Source: Octopus sinensis
Lineage: Eukaryota
NCBI RefSeq assembly: GCF_006345805.1
Contig: NC_043006.1
Coordinates: 55,924,001 to 55,988,000 of the forward strand
Length of the DNA: 64,000 nt
Reading direction: 5' to 3'
Below are positions 1-13,137 of this stretch, in pieces. The first letter of the stretch is position 1. Each line of letters starts with the position of its first letter. The position numbers and the translations under genes are program-made. Under the pieces are notes generated by a model. That model searched no databases, was not told the DNA's origin, and was given only the letters and a program-made list of their open reading frames with translations.

Positions 1-1596
1 TAAGGAAAAAACACAATATAGCATACCCGACAACCAACCGTAGAATTCGTCGTAGTATGTACGAATGTTTATCTTTACATATCTATGAAAATGGCGGGCT
101 TATTCGCAATGCATTTCGGTAACAATCTCTCTATTCGGAACAAAATTTCAGTATTGAGGGTGAAAAATATGAATTTAAAATTAAGGATAAAATCTTTATA
201 AGAAATTATCAGTAGTTAGCGTGAAAAACCTCGTAAGAGAAAAAATCTGTAAATGTTTCCACTTTGAAAATATTTATTTATATTATATAGAGGGTACTAT
301 TATTCATAGGTACACACACGCTAGGAGGTATCCTTGCAGTCAAAACTACTAAAATAAACAAATTTTACCGAATGCAAAACTTCAAAGCAAGTCATTTAAA
401 AACAGAATTTAGTTACATATCACCTGTGATTTCGCAATCAATGCAGAATATGCATTCTATGCTCTTCAGTTTTTGTCTCTTGGGTCCAGTGGGGGTTGTT
501 GTCTGTGGTAATAGTTTTTACACACAATGAGTCCTCACTGAATTCAGGACTTTGGTCTGCTTGCAGTTCAGCAATATTGTTCACAATAAGTGAAATTGTT
601 TTCTCATTGTGAGAAGTATAGTTTGGGAGCGTATCCTGACACCAAAAGTTGTTAACTTTTTGTGAATAGTGTTTGTTTTTACAACAACGTTTACCAATAA
701 TTGGAAAGCTGTATTACATGTGGAGAAGTTCAGGTTCTAATCGGAGTACCTGAAAGATCTATTACTGTGTATGTTTGTGTGTGCATGGGTGTGGGAGTGA
801 AAGAGAGAGAGAGAGACGGAGAAAGTGTATAAGTGAAAGTGAGTGTGGTCATGTATGTTTAAGTGACACTCACTCGGTCTCTTTCTCTCTCCCTCTCTCT
901 CTGCCTCACACACACTCATCTTTCATATATACATACATGAATACATATGCATAGATATTTTTCTTTTATATGCGTGAGTGTGCTGTGTATGTGAGAGATT
1001 GAGTGAGTGACTGTATTTCCTCATAACATATAGAGAAATGGATGTCTTTTAAGGTACACACTCATATAGAAAATGTGACGTCCTCGTCCTCGTCGTTGAC
1101 GTCGTGGTATAAAATGCTTACGATAGTTGATTTATAAAAAACGATTATAATGTAAAATTTTTGTAATGCAAATATGTAAATGGAAATAAAGTTTTATTTC
1201 ATAGTAGTAAGATTACTGAATCTATTGGTGGCCTATACGTCAAAATCGGCAACAAACTCTCTTTCATAAATACGGAAGACGTCCCTGTCTGTGGTTCTTT
1301 CTGTCTGTCTTTCACATTCCCTATATCTATCACTTCCCGTCTTCTCTCCTTCCCTGATATCAGCCACACTTAAAATGCCACATTTTCCTGAACATAAGAG
1401 TTTTGCACCCCTCTCATTTTATCATGTAATAGCCCAAACCCCGTAGTCGGTCCATTATCGATTTTATTGAAATCCAATTAGCCTATAATTGAACTAGGTG
1501 TTAGTTCAACATGTATGCAAAGTCTGGTGAAGATTGGTTCTCAAGATGATAACAGACAGACAGAAATTGGCATATATATATATATATATATATATA

Positions 1597-1742
1597 GGAA
1601 ATATTGAATTTCTAAATCTCTCGTAGAGACATGTACGGTGGTGGGGCGATAGAATGGTTGTATACTGTCAATCTAACAAGAACGTGACAGTAGGTGGTGT
1701 ACCCCCTACTGTCACGTTCTTGTTAGATTGACAGTATACAAC

Positions 1743-1750
<8 letters not shown>
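1597..1750. repeat. Short fold-back element between two (TA)n tracts
   Basis: Perfect 46-bp inverted arms at 1649-1694 and 1705-1750 around a 10-nt loop that partly pairs. (TA)n on both sides. Confidence 0.85.
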
Positions 1751-1811
<61 letters not shown>

Positions 1812-1812
<1 letters not shown>

Positions 1813-2374
1813 GGTGAGTCAAAATGTAATATCATTTTGCTTAGGACAGGTATAATTACGAACACAGGAATATGAATCATGCATCAAAATGAAGCTGGTT
1901 CTCTTGAATTACATCTCTGCTTCTCACCATAGTCATCGTTTCTCTCAATAGTAATGTTCCACCTTCGAATGAGAGCATGTATCCCTGTCTTGTAAAATTC
2001 TGTTGACTGTTCTTTGAGCCACATCTTCATTACAGTTTTCACTTCGTTGTAATTGAATTAATTTAGCGCCTTCAGACTATCATCTCTTCGGTCCCATGAA
2101 AGAGGGTTTGAGAAGCAATCATTATTACAGTGACGAGGAAGTGAAAACTGTAGTGAAGAAGTGGCTCAAAGAACAGTCAACAGAATTTTACGGGGTAGGG
2201 ATACATGCTCTCATTCGAAGGTAGAACATTGCTATTGAGAGAAACGGTGACTATGTTGAGAACTAGGGATGTGATCCACAGAGGACCAGCTTCCTTTTGA
2301 TGTATGATACATGTTCCTGTGTTGGTAATTATACCTGTCCTAAACAAAATGGCATTACCTTCTTACTCACGCTC

Positions 2375-2375
<1 letters not shown>
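1812..2375. mobile_element. Mariner-derived fold-back MITE made of two inverted transposase 3' ends
   Basis: Diverged ~240-bp inverted arms, TA-flanked ends (cggtgagtcaaaa / ttactcacgctcg). The right arm reads DEEVKTVVKKWLKEQSTEFY..GIHALIRR*NIAIERNGDYVE, a mariner C-terminus. Confidence 0.8.
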
Positions 2376-2987
<612 letters not shown>

Positions 2988-3235
2988 ATATACTTGTGTG
3001 AAGGTGAGTTGAGTTTGTATATATATATCTAAAGGTATATAAGTGTACGTTAGAGTCAAAATATCTACTTGTCTTGAGGCAACTTTCTAAGTCTTGGTAT
3101 TTCGTGATGATGAGTCTGTGAAAATCTAGAAAAACTAAGGTTCCGAACTCACGACAAAATATTTGTATGGAAACCTGAAAAATTTTTAAAAGAAAAGATA
3201 AATTTGAAACATAGTCGTGTTTTTATTAGAACTCG

Positions 3236-3343
<108 letters not shown>

Positions 3344-3424
3344 ATGGATGTATGTGTTTGAGTATTTAGTGTATTATTCTTACGTACATAAGTGTGTATG
3401 TATTATATATATGTATGCATATAC

Positions 3425-3468
<44 letters not shown>

Positions 3469-4104
3469 GTGCGTGTGTGCGTCTGTGGGTTAATACATAT
3501 ATGTTTGCAGAGAAAATGTAACGTTAGTAAATGTAGGAGGGCTGTAATGGGTAGATAAAGGTTAATTACCTTATCACACAAGTATCAAGAGTATCAAAAG
3601 AAAACAGATGTCTAAACAAATCTGTTAACCTATTTACATGATATGGTGGATTGTTAAGGCGTAACACAACGAGACATGCTAAAACCTTTTTAATATATAA
3701 GATGCATGCACATGAAAATCTCACGTACGCACAAACACACAAACACTCACGCAACTCCCTGACACACACACACTCACATACGCGCGCATGCTCACTCAGG
3801 CATATATAAATACACAGATGCATGAGCGTGGGTATACATTATATATATATATATATATATAAATGCTCATTGTTATATATGTATGCATGATTGTATGCCT
3901 GTATTATCGTATTTAACATGAGCGCTCATATGTTTCACGGCATTTCATATGGTTTCAAGCTGAAAAGTTAAAAAAAAAAATAATAACCTACATGTCAGCA
4001 TTGAGTTCCTCGGGAAGCACTCTCCTCCTGATGGCATCCCATACAGGCCCAAAACAGCCGGACGAACATACCTCAAAGAAGATCGGGATATGAAACGCTC
4101 GGCA

Positions 4105-4370
4105 CAAAATAAAATAAAACAAATGCGCCCTTTTAAAGCCTAACCAGGCTCATGGGCCCGGTTTCCCGGTTTTAATGGCGTGTGTGTTCCCCAGCTGGAT
4201 AGGATGCCAGTCCATCACAGCGTTACTCATTTTTGCCAGCTTAGTGGACTGGAGCAACGTGAAATGAAGTGCTTTGCTGAAGAACACAACGCATCGCCCG
4301 GTCCAGGAATCAAAACCACAATCTTACGATTACGATGCTGACACCCTAACCACCAAGCCGCGCACCTCCA
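4105..4370 (-). mobile_element. tRNA-derived SINE with a V-domain-like segment
   Basis: Minus head ggaggtgcgcggcttggtggttaggg..gttttgattcc and gtgatggactggcatcctatccag segment. Related plus-strand copy at ~47405-47625. Confidence 0.7.
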
Positions 4371-4399
4371 CAAACGCTCAGCATACCAAATACAAAAAA

Positions 4400-5270
4400 G
4401 TGGGGTTATGCATAGATATATTTCCTGGAGGCTTGAAGAAGAAGGTAATATTGACATAAAGGGAAACCACTCTTGGATTCGTGACCGCTACATAGCATCA
4501 CACTTCGAGATCTATGTCTTTGTAATACAAGAACAAGAGATTTTTGCAAAATACTTAATAAAGTCAGTTGAAGCCTTTGGGGCTCCAGCATACAACCAGA
4601 AATGTAGATAATGTCATACTTCTGTGGAAGACATCACACACGTGGTTAGCAGCTACCCAAAAATATCATCAAGGTACTACCTCCCTATGCAGTACAACGT
4701 ATCCGCAAAAACAATATACAATGCCATTCGGGGAAAAAAATACTGTTCTGGAATAAACAGAGAGAAGCGTCCAGTTATTGAATACATACACAAGCATCAA
4801 CACAAGGAATACAAGTGGAACATTCCCATCAAAACATCTGTCAAGTATAAGCATATCAGACTGTATATGGTTACCTGGGTCACACCAGAAAATGTGTACC
4901 GTCAAGGGGGATCATCTGTCCTGCTGATGTGAATATCTCTTTTAAAGCCAAAGAGAAAGAGAATGACTATGGACAACTGACTCAAAACCTTCTGCCTTCT
5001 ATATCATGACTATAACTTCACATTTATGCCAATAATAATTGGCGTACTTGGTCTTGTCTGGGTAAGCTAGGGTTTCCAGGAAAACAAATCAACTTGCATA
5101 TGACAAACACAGTATGTAAGTGGAACAGTAAAAATCATACAAGACATTTCTCAACTTTCAAATGTGATATTGGCTTTGTTATTTACATTCCAAAGGCTGA
5201 GCTTTGTATACTTGTTAGAAAGCAGCTCGTTCCTCTGAGTAAGAATTTAATTAATTAAAAACGGAACGTA
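4400..5270 (+). mobile_element. Decayed 3' part of an RLE-type (R4/Dong/NeSL-like) non-LTR retrotransposon
   Basis: EDITHVVSSYPKISSRYYLP and KTSVKYKHIR are homologous to the 37.7-38.2 kb copy; ends in (TACA)n. Confidence 0.7.
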
Positions 5271-5328
5271 CATACATGCATGCATGCATACATACATACA
5301 TACATACATACATACATACATACATACA

Positions 5329-5362
<34 letters not shown>

Positions 5363-5369
5363 CATACAT

Positions 5370-5762
5370 AACCCACAGTATGGTAGAAGTCATAGTCACT
5401 CATAATAAATAGGAGTACTGATGGAATGTCCCAGTGAAGACCTCAATAAAATGTAAGCACAACAGACCTGATATAATGATTTGGCAAAGAGAAGAGAAAC
5501 TGTGCACAGTTGTGGCAATTAGCTTCCCTGTGGGTGTTAACATAAAGCTGAAGGTAAGAGAAAAAGAGAACACCTACACTGAACTACTGAGAAATCTGCA
5601 GTTACTATGTCCAGATTACAAGTTCAGCTTCATATCTGTAATTATTAGGACCCTGGGACATGTAATACACTGTCTAAATAGCAATCAAGACTTTCCAGAA
5701 GTTTGTAATTTAAATATATATGAGCATGGTTAGATATGCAACTATATGCATGAGAACACATA
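5370..5762 (+). mobile_element. 5'-truncated RLE-type LINE fragment
   Basis: KTSIKCKHNRPDIMIWQREEKLCTVVAISFP is the RPD restriction-like endonuclease region. Closely similar to 37950-38400; preceded by (TACA)n. Confidence 0.8.
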
Positions 5763-5839
5763 CTGTTGTGGCGGACACACCCAAGTGAGAAGTGGTCCGT
5801 TCCACCTCTAATAAACAGTGGACAGACACAGCAAGTAGT

Positions 5840-6137
5840 ACAGTTCTATATTTAAGAGATGAGGAATTATGTACATTATTTACAATTCACGGATATTTGT
5901 CCTTATCTTGTTTGTTGTTAACACAACTTTTCGGCTGATATACCCTCCAGCCTTCATCAGATGTCTTGGGGATTTCGAACCTGGGTTCTCATTCCTAAGG
6001 TATTTTTTGATGTTGTTGTTATTATTATTATCATTATTATTATTATTATAATTAGTATTATTCATGTCATTGCCTGAAATCGAACTCGGAATTTTGGGGT
6101 TAGTAGCCCATGCTCTTAACCACTACGCCATATGCCC
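5840..6137 (-). mobile_element. tRNA-headed SINE-like element containing a hammerhead motif
   Basis: Minus strand: A box TGGCGTAGTGG (6120-6130), B box GAGTTCGATTT (6077-6087), (ATA)n linker, then a hammerhead at 5920-5965. Confidence 0.7.
5920..5965 (-). ncRNA. Minimal Penelope-type hammerhead ribozyme motif
   Basis: gacat CTGATGA a ggctg-gagggtatat-cagcc GAAA ag TT gtgtt. Stems I and II pair; stem III is minimal. Confidence 0.65.
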
Positions 6138-6546
6138 GTGGAATGAATTTTAGGGCTTATAAATTTGATATTCTCCTATCCTTCCTTAACACCAGTTCCC
6201 ATATGTTGTTCATATCTGCACTCGGCCTGCTTAGGAGGTTGTTGTGCCCTAGCATATGTGCTGCTTCTTTTAGTTTTCATATTTTCCTGTGGTGTTCTCT
6301 ATTATTTTAATTTCATCCCACAGGGGGAGGGGATCTCCATTTTTCCATATATATTCAACTATAGCCAATTTATCAATATCTCCCCGTGTCACAGCTTTGC
6401 GGTGTTCCTCTACCCTTATTTTTAGGGGGCGGCATGTTTCGCTTTGTATAACCTACCACAGCTGCATGAGATGGCGTACACGCAGTTCTTAGTCATATTC
6501 TTTTCCATTGGTGGTTTTACTCGAAGGAGATATTTGTGAATATATC

Positions 6547-6790
6547 AGGTCGCTATGTGTTAGTAGCGCTGCCGGTAAACAATGTAGACTGGTAGTACCT
6601 GCGGCACACCGAAGAGAAAAATAACTCTGTGTAGAAGAAAAAATATTAATAAAAATTAGTCCGTGTGAAGGATTTTAGTGAGGTCGCTTATGTGTTAGTA
6701 GCGCTCCCGGTAAACAATGTAGATTCGTACTACCTGTGGCATTCTGAAGAGAAAAATAATTCTGTGTGTAAGAAAAAAAATGCTGTGTGA
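6547..6790 (+). repeat. Diverged direct duplication of a ~100-bp unit
   Basis: aggtcgct..atgtgttagtagcgct..ccggtaaacaatgtaga..gaagagaaaaataa..tctgtgt occurs at ~6548 and ~6681. Confidence 0.8.
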
Positions 6791-6899
6791 AGTGAAAGAA
6801 GAGAAAATATCTCAAAGGGGGCGGTGTGGTGGTGGACACCCTCAAAGGAAAAGTAGGCTGTTCCACTACTAATAAATAGCGGACCGACACAGCAAGTAG

Positions 6900-8312
6900 T
6901 GTCAGTCACGAGCTATATTTGGTGGTTTTTAAGACTTATTTTTGATCCCTGTGAGTTAAATTTTGAGTTAAATTGTTATATACTTGATGAAGGTTTCCCG
7001 TAAGGGTGAGCCAACTTGTTGAATATCATTGTTGAACTGTTGAATCGTTGTTGGTTTTTGTCTGTGAAATTACAATTGTTTTCTTCCCCATTCGTGGGTG
7101 AAGTAGACAAGAAGCAGAGGGTGGATTGCGAACCAGTTCCAGTCGGCAGCTATGCTTCAGCCACTGGAAGGAGTTTGACAGATGATGTATTACAGGTACA
7201 AGAGATAAAGATGGAGCAGAGGAAGTTGAAGGAGTTCAACAGACTCATAGAGAAAGATGGAACCAGTTTGCGGTTGACACCGCCAGAAAATTTAACAGCG
7301 AGCGTGATGAAGTGGACAGTAGTGTATAGAACGGTGTCCACGATATCGAAAAAATAAAAATAGCCACAGTAGAGGCTATAGAGGAATGCTTAAAGGAGGT
7401 AAAAAGCCTCACAACATTTTACACGAAAGGGAGGAAATACGGTACAGTGGAGGTAAGGTTCGCTAGTGAACAAGAAGCGATAAACCACTCCTCTGTGGCG
7501 CTAAGGACACGATAAAAGTGAAAAGGAACAACAGCAGCAGAGTAACGAGCAGGAGCAAAATGCCGAAACGACGAACCTAGTATGTAAGAAGTGTCCAGAG
7601 AAGGTGGAGGAGGAGTATACGGTGGTGAATAGGAAGAATAAAGGAAAGAAGACTTGGACTCACCGCCAAAGAGTCCACTAAAGAAAAGGAGAGAAAACAA
7701 GAAGCACAACATGAGATACCAACAACATCAAAGGAAGACAACGCGGAAAAACAAGTGGGACTACAGAAACGAACAAATAAAAAAAGAACCAAAACATAAA
7801 TGGTATGGTAACATATGCGAGAACTACAGAGATAGAGAAGAAAATCACAAAAATGAAATCAGTAATAAAAGTGAAACTAACGACGGAATACTATCCAGAG
7901 AGCAACAAAGCAATTGTTATTGACGACAAGAGATGTGAAAAACTACGAGAACTGTTCGGAAAAAAAATAGACCGAATGGGAGTAAGCGTCGAGTTCGACG
8001 ACTTGCCGCCAATAATAGAGTACGACGACCTGTTGCCGTATATAAAATGGTAAAAATAAAAAAGTAAGTAAATATTTAAAAAGTTTAAATGACTGTAAAA
8101 ACAGATGCAAAAAGGGGAAAAAAGAGGAAAAAAGAACTGATTTATAAACGTTAAACAAAAAACATTTAAATGATACTGCCTGTTATTATTCATCATTGTT
8201 ATTATTCATTCTTTATTCATTCGTTCTGTGTTTCTTGTCTCCACTCTGGTGTTTTGTCTCTCCTTGTGCTGTCCACTCTGTGTTACGGCCTCCGGGCCGA
8301 GTAATGGAAAAA
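6900..8312 (+). mobile_element. Decayed ORF1-only L1/Tx1-related element, copy 1
   Basis: Fragments TSLRLTPPENLTASVMKWTVVYRTVS, GRKYGTVEVRFASEQEA and DSPPKSP resemble ORF1 at 61496. No ORF2 precedes the tail cggcctccgggccgagtaatggaaaaa. Confidence 0.6.
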
Positions 8313-9100
8313 CAGTCAGCGAGGTATTTTTGTTAGTGTTAAATCATTTTGGATTACGTTTGACGGAATATAAACTTGTGGAAGGGTCTCTCGTGAGGGT
8401 GAACCTATGATTTAAATTGTTAAATTTGATAAATACCGTTACCGTTTTTGCCTACAGGCTTGTGATTTTTGTGTTTGTCTTCTTCCCCATTTTGGGGCGA
8501 GATGACAAAAAAAAAAAAGAGTAAATGGATTACTAACCAGTTCCAGCACATGGCAGGAGTTATGCTTCAGCGGCAGGTACAATTACAGATACACTAGTAT
8601 CAAAGTATGAGAAATCAAAATTGAACAGAAGAAACTGAAAGTATAACAGGCTGATTCAGATGGAGGGAACCAGTTTAAGGCTGGCTCCGCCAGAAGAAGT
8701 GACAACCAGTACAATGAAAGGAACAGTGGTTAACAGAACACTGTCTACAACGACCAAGAAAATAGAAATAGCCACGGTAGAAGCGATAGAAGAATGTCTT
8801 AAGGAGATAAAGAACCTAACAACATTCTAAATAAGAGGTAGAAAATACGGCACAGGGGAGGTGAGGTTTGCCAACGAACAAGAAGAAATAGATCCCTCCA
8901 CTGTGACGAGCAGGACCAAAGAATGGGTACTCCTGCCAACCTACTGCGGTAAAAGGGTCACCAGAGTTAGAATAGGCAGGGTATCCCTGGATATCAAAGA
9001 AGCGTGGCTGGTGGTAGCCGTAATACATAAACTCGAGGAGGACGCCAACATTTCAAAGGTGACAAGGACAAAGAAGGTAAATTGATGGGGATATGGCCTA
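8313..9100 (+). mobile_element. Second head-to-tail copy of the ORF1-like element, truncated by a mariner
   Basis: Homologous to ~6900-7510. WVLLPTYCGKRVTRVRIGRVS resembles IILLPLYLGCRTAKVTLEDIP of the intact ORF1. Confidence 0.65.
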
Positions 9101-9921
9101 CAAATGGTCATTCAGTTTGGACAATTCAAAGTGAATTACTCCTTTGCAATTCCACCAGATAGAGAGAAGAGCCTTTTTTCCCATGATGTTCCCTTTTCGG
9201 TTGGGGTTGAACTTTTTCCCTTTTACCAAGCCACTGTTTACGACGCTTAACATTTCGATAGAAGTTCCATTTTTCGTCACCAGTCACAAGTTTATCTAAA
9301 ATGGGTGAAATGAGTTTGCGAGAATGGAGAGAAGAGCAGATGTCAACTCGGGATTTGCAGTTGCTTTCGAACAATTCATGAGGCACCCATTTTCCAAGTT
9401 TAGGAACCTTTCCAAGTTGTTGAAGATGACGATGAACAGTTGTATGGTTTGAACTAAGCTTTATTGCCAATTCTTCAACTGGTAATGCAGGATTTTCTCC
9501 AAGTAATGCCTCAAGGAGCTTATCATCAAACTCAACTGGACATCCTTTCGATCTTCATCTTCAAAGCTGAAATCTCCACTTCTGAATTTTGCAAGCCATC
9601 TTCTGCAAGTTCTTTCATTCAAGCATTCTTTCCCATAAACTGAGTGTATGTTTCGAGTCACTTCGGCGGCAGAGTTTCCTTTTTTGTACTCATAAAGCAT
9701 TATGTACTTCAAATGCTGTTTGGATACTTCCATGTTAGAAAGGGTCTTAATGAAAGAAATTTTAATTCTATTATTCTGTAAAATAATATTCAATTAGTTT
9801 AGATGTACACAAATGCATTAAAAATAAATTTTAATTCCATTAGGCATTCTAAAATACTATTAAATTTCATTCAATTTTACAAATGGTAAAATCGAAGAGA
9901 ACTTATGGGATGACTTGATAC
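9098..9921 (-). mobile_element. Mariner transposon, 5' half, frameshifted
   Basis: ORFs with ERTCRRWLAKFRSGDFSFEDEDR, KLGKWVPHEL, LVTGDEKW and IWWNCKGVIHFEL; TIR-like end at 9900-9921. Confidence 0.9.
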
Positions 9922-10237
9922 ATACTTGTTTACGAATAATTCTTACATGCATGCATGTATGCATACAGATATACGTTCAAACATGTGTATATCTGCGCAC
10001 ATATACTCAGTGTATATCTAAATGCACTCACAATTACATACACATATACGCATGCATACATATATAAATAAATGCTTAAACGCTTATGCCTTAACGTGTC
10101 TGTCTGTCTATCTTTCAACGTATGCATAATTATATACATATACATACACTTTTCTATGTATATAGATATACAACCATCCAGCTTACACACACACTCGCAC
10201 ACACACTCACACACATGCGTACACACATATGTATGTA

Positions 10238-10448
10238 TATCGTTTAATGTACCCTATTAAAATAAGAGCTAATAATTATTTCTTGCCATTAATACACGTG
10301 TTTAGTCAGGTTTATACATGCCTTGTGTCTCCAAGAAATCTTTAGGCTTGGAGACTCAAAACCTGTTATAAAACCTGCCTAATCACGCGTCTTAATGGCA
10401 AGAAACTGTTAATAGTTCTTATTTTAATACAGTGTACATTAAATGATA
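10238..10448. repeat. Diverged fold-back element
   Basis: Inverted arms tttaatgtac..aaaataagagc..ttcttgccattaa..gtctccaag / cttggagac..ttaatggcaagaa..tcttattttaa..gtacattaaa. Confidence 0.75.
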
Positions 10449-11176
10449 ATTATCTTTCATTGCATGGAGTTTTTTTTTGTTGAAAGGAAACTACACACAC
10501 ACACACATGTGTAATGTATATATGCGCATATATACAAGTAAAAATATCATATTTAATATAGAATATAATTAACTTTGTTTATATCAATGTGCTATATTTT
10601 AGCGATTAATTAACTACGGTAATTTGTGTTCATATGTAAAATATTAACTTTGGTATGTTAAGGAATTGGTATAGAATGTCTGTTCATCCTAATATCTAAT
10701 ATGTTTGTTTTGGTCGAAGCTGATACACCACAGAGTGGTAATAGTAAGAATATGTTAGTTCAGAATGATATATCATCTTACAAATTGCAACTTTGCAATG
10801 TATACTCCTTAATTGCTTAATATTCACCTCATTCTTGCGACTAACCAAGTCGAGAGAGCGCTGAATTGTCAATCGAAGGGTATGGAATCTTGTTTTGTAC
10901 CCAGTCTTATATTTCTGAGTCTTATATTTCTAGCTATAAACAGTATGTAAGTTTGCAACAAACACGCGCGCGTGCGCACACACACACGCATATATACACA
11001 CGCGAGAGCTATGACTTTTATTGCAAATGGTTTTATAGTTTTTTTCCTCATTAACACTGTATCAGTACAACCGGAATTAAACAAATAGTGAAGACTGAAA
11101 AGTTTGAAGAAATCTGGAAATCTGAAATCAGTTTACTAGTTTCATACCGATGCCAGAAAGCTGAGATTGCTTTCAG

Positions 11177-11209
11177 TACATACATACATACATACATACA
11201 TACATACAT

Positions 11210-11242
<33 letters not shown>

Positions 11243-11340
11243 TACATACATACATACATACATACATACATACATACATACATACATACATACATACATA
11301 CATACACACGCACACACACATACATACATACATACATACA

Positions 11341-11374
<34 letters not shown>

Positions 11375-11474
11375 CATACATGCATACATACATACATACA
11401 TACATACATACATACATACATACATACATACATACAAGCATGTATGTATGTATGTATGTATGTATGTATGTATG

Positions 11475-11506
<32 letters not shown>
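11177..11506. repeat. (TACA)n tract switching to its complement (TGTA)n
   Basis: Orientation flips at about 11438. Confidence 0.9.
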
Positions 11507-11507
<1 letters not shown>

Positions 11508-12498
11508 GAGTCAGGGACTTCAGAATAAAATTTATTTATTAATAAATAAAATATTCATTAGAGAAACCAATATAATTTTTTAAATAGAATTTCGTATACG
11601 TATTCTTACATACACATAACACAGCACAAGACTATTCAAGAATGCCAGGATCAGCCTCACTTAGTGCCTCGATACACGCGTTCATAAGCTGAATTTTATT
11701 CATGTTGGGACGTAACGTCTGCATCTCAACGACACCCCAGATGCGTAACTCAGATTGTTTATAGGAGGACAAATATAAGGGGCAACATAACCATGAACAT
11801 TTTCTGCCATCCTCTCGTGTGTCGTGCACGCTGTGTGAGAGGAAGTAGAGTCTTGGTTGGACCCTTACGGCATCACTCGAGCATCTCTTTCCATCCATAT
11901 ATACACACAGACATGACAGAAGTAAATAATCGTTAAATTTATTTAAATCTGAAATTATACATTCAAATTATTCATTGATTATTATAACGTGAATATCTAA
12001 TATTTAGTAGGGATACCTTTGAATTTTTCAAAGCAAAAGCCCTATTAGGTATGCTACTGACGAAAATTCTCTTCAGGAATTTCTTGCCAAGTTCCATGCA
12101 ATAATCTCAAAAGATCTGGCTTTGAGGATGCTTCTTGTTCTTTTTACGAAGTGTCGTGTCCTTTATGCCCCAGAGATATTCAATATCTGATGATTAGCTT
12201 GGCCATGGAAGCTTCTCAATGCCATTCTCTTCTAACCAATCTTGTGTGTCTTATTTAATCATTTCACCACTGGAGAAGATTAGGAGGAATCCTGGATCTT
12301 TTCTAAAAGATGGACAGAATTTTCTACTTAACTAAATAATTTGAAACTTCGTATACTGGTAGAATGTGTCAAAAGAAAACATTAATTTCAATTAGTTTTT
12401 TTTGAGAAAAATGTATTTTGTAACTTTTACGTAGTTTAATTCTTCGAATTTTAACCAATCGTATTCTCTGTTTTGACCTCAATTCAAATATCTGCCGA

Positions 12499-13137
12499 GT
12501 TATTCGTCCTTATCCACGACTTCTGTCTTCTGTCTTCAAAAGCTTCTCGCATGTTTATTTCAATGTCATCCCTGACTTACGGAACGATTACCTGTGTGTG
12601 TGTGCGTGTGTGTGTTTGTTGTGTGTGTGTGTTATTGTTGTGTATGTGTGTGTGTGTGTGTGTGTGTTTTTGCTGTGTATGTGTGCGTGTGTGTGTGTGT
12701 GTCTTTTTGTTGTGTATGTGTGTGTGTGTGTGTTTTTGTTGTGTATGTGTGCGTGTGTTGTGTATCTCTTAAATCGATGAATTTCGTCGCCCAATAAAAA
12801 TATTAACGATATTTTTTGAACTTTGATATCGTTAATATTTTTATTGGGCGACGAAATTCATCGATTTAAGAGATACACAACACACGCACACATACACAAC
12901 AAAAAAAAACACACGCACACATACACAACAAACACACACACACACATGCACACATACACAACAAACACACACACACACATACACAACAATAACACACACA
13001 CACAACAAACACACACACACAAACATACACAACAAAAACACACACACACAGGTAATCGTTCCGTAAGTCAGGGATGACATTGAAATAAACATGCGAGAAG
13101 CTTTTGAAGACAGAAGACATGGATAAGGACGAATAAC
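12499..13137. repeat. ~310-bp-arm inverted duplication with a 13-nt loop
   Basis: The non-repetitive parts of the arms are near-identical reverse complements; loop at 12813-12825. Confidence 0.9.

Noticed and set aside
90-160. Minus-strand GAAATGCATT palindrome resembling a hammerhead 3' half
   Set aside because: No recognisable CTGANGA box or stem II.
6068-6137. tRNA-like sequence as a true tRNA gene (likewise the SINE heads at 24660-24726 and 55545-55615)
   Set aside because: The acceptor stem does not close properly and the heads run into repeat bodies; treated as SINE heads.
11632-11898. ORF with IWGVVE resembling a Tc1/mariner C-terminus
   Set aside because: Too short and degraded to delimit an element.
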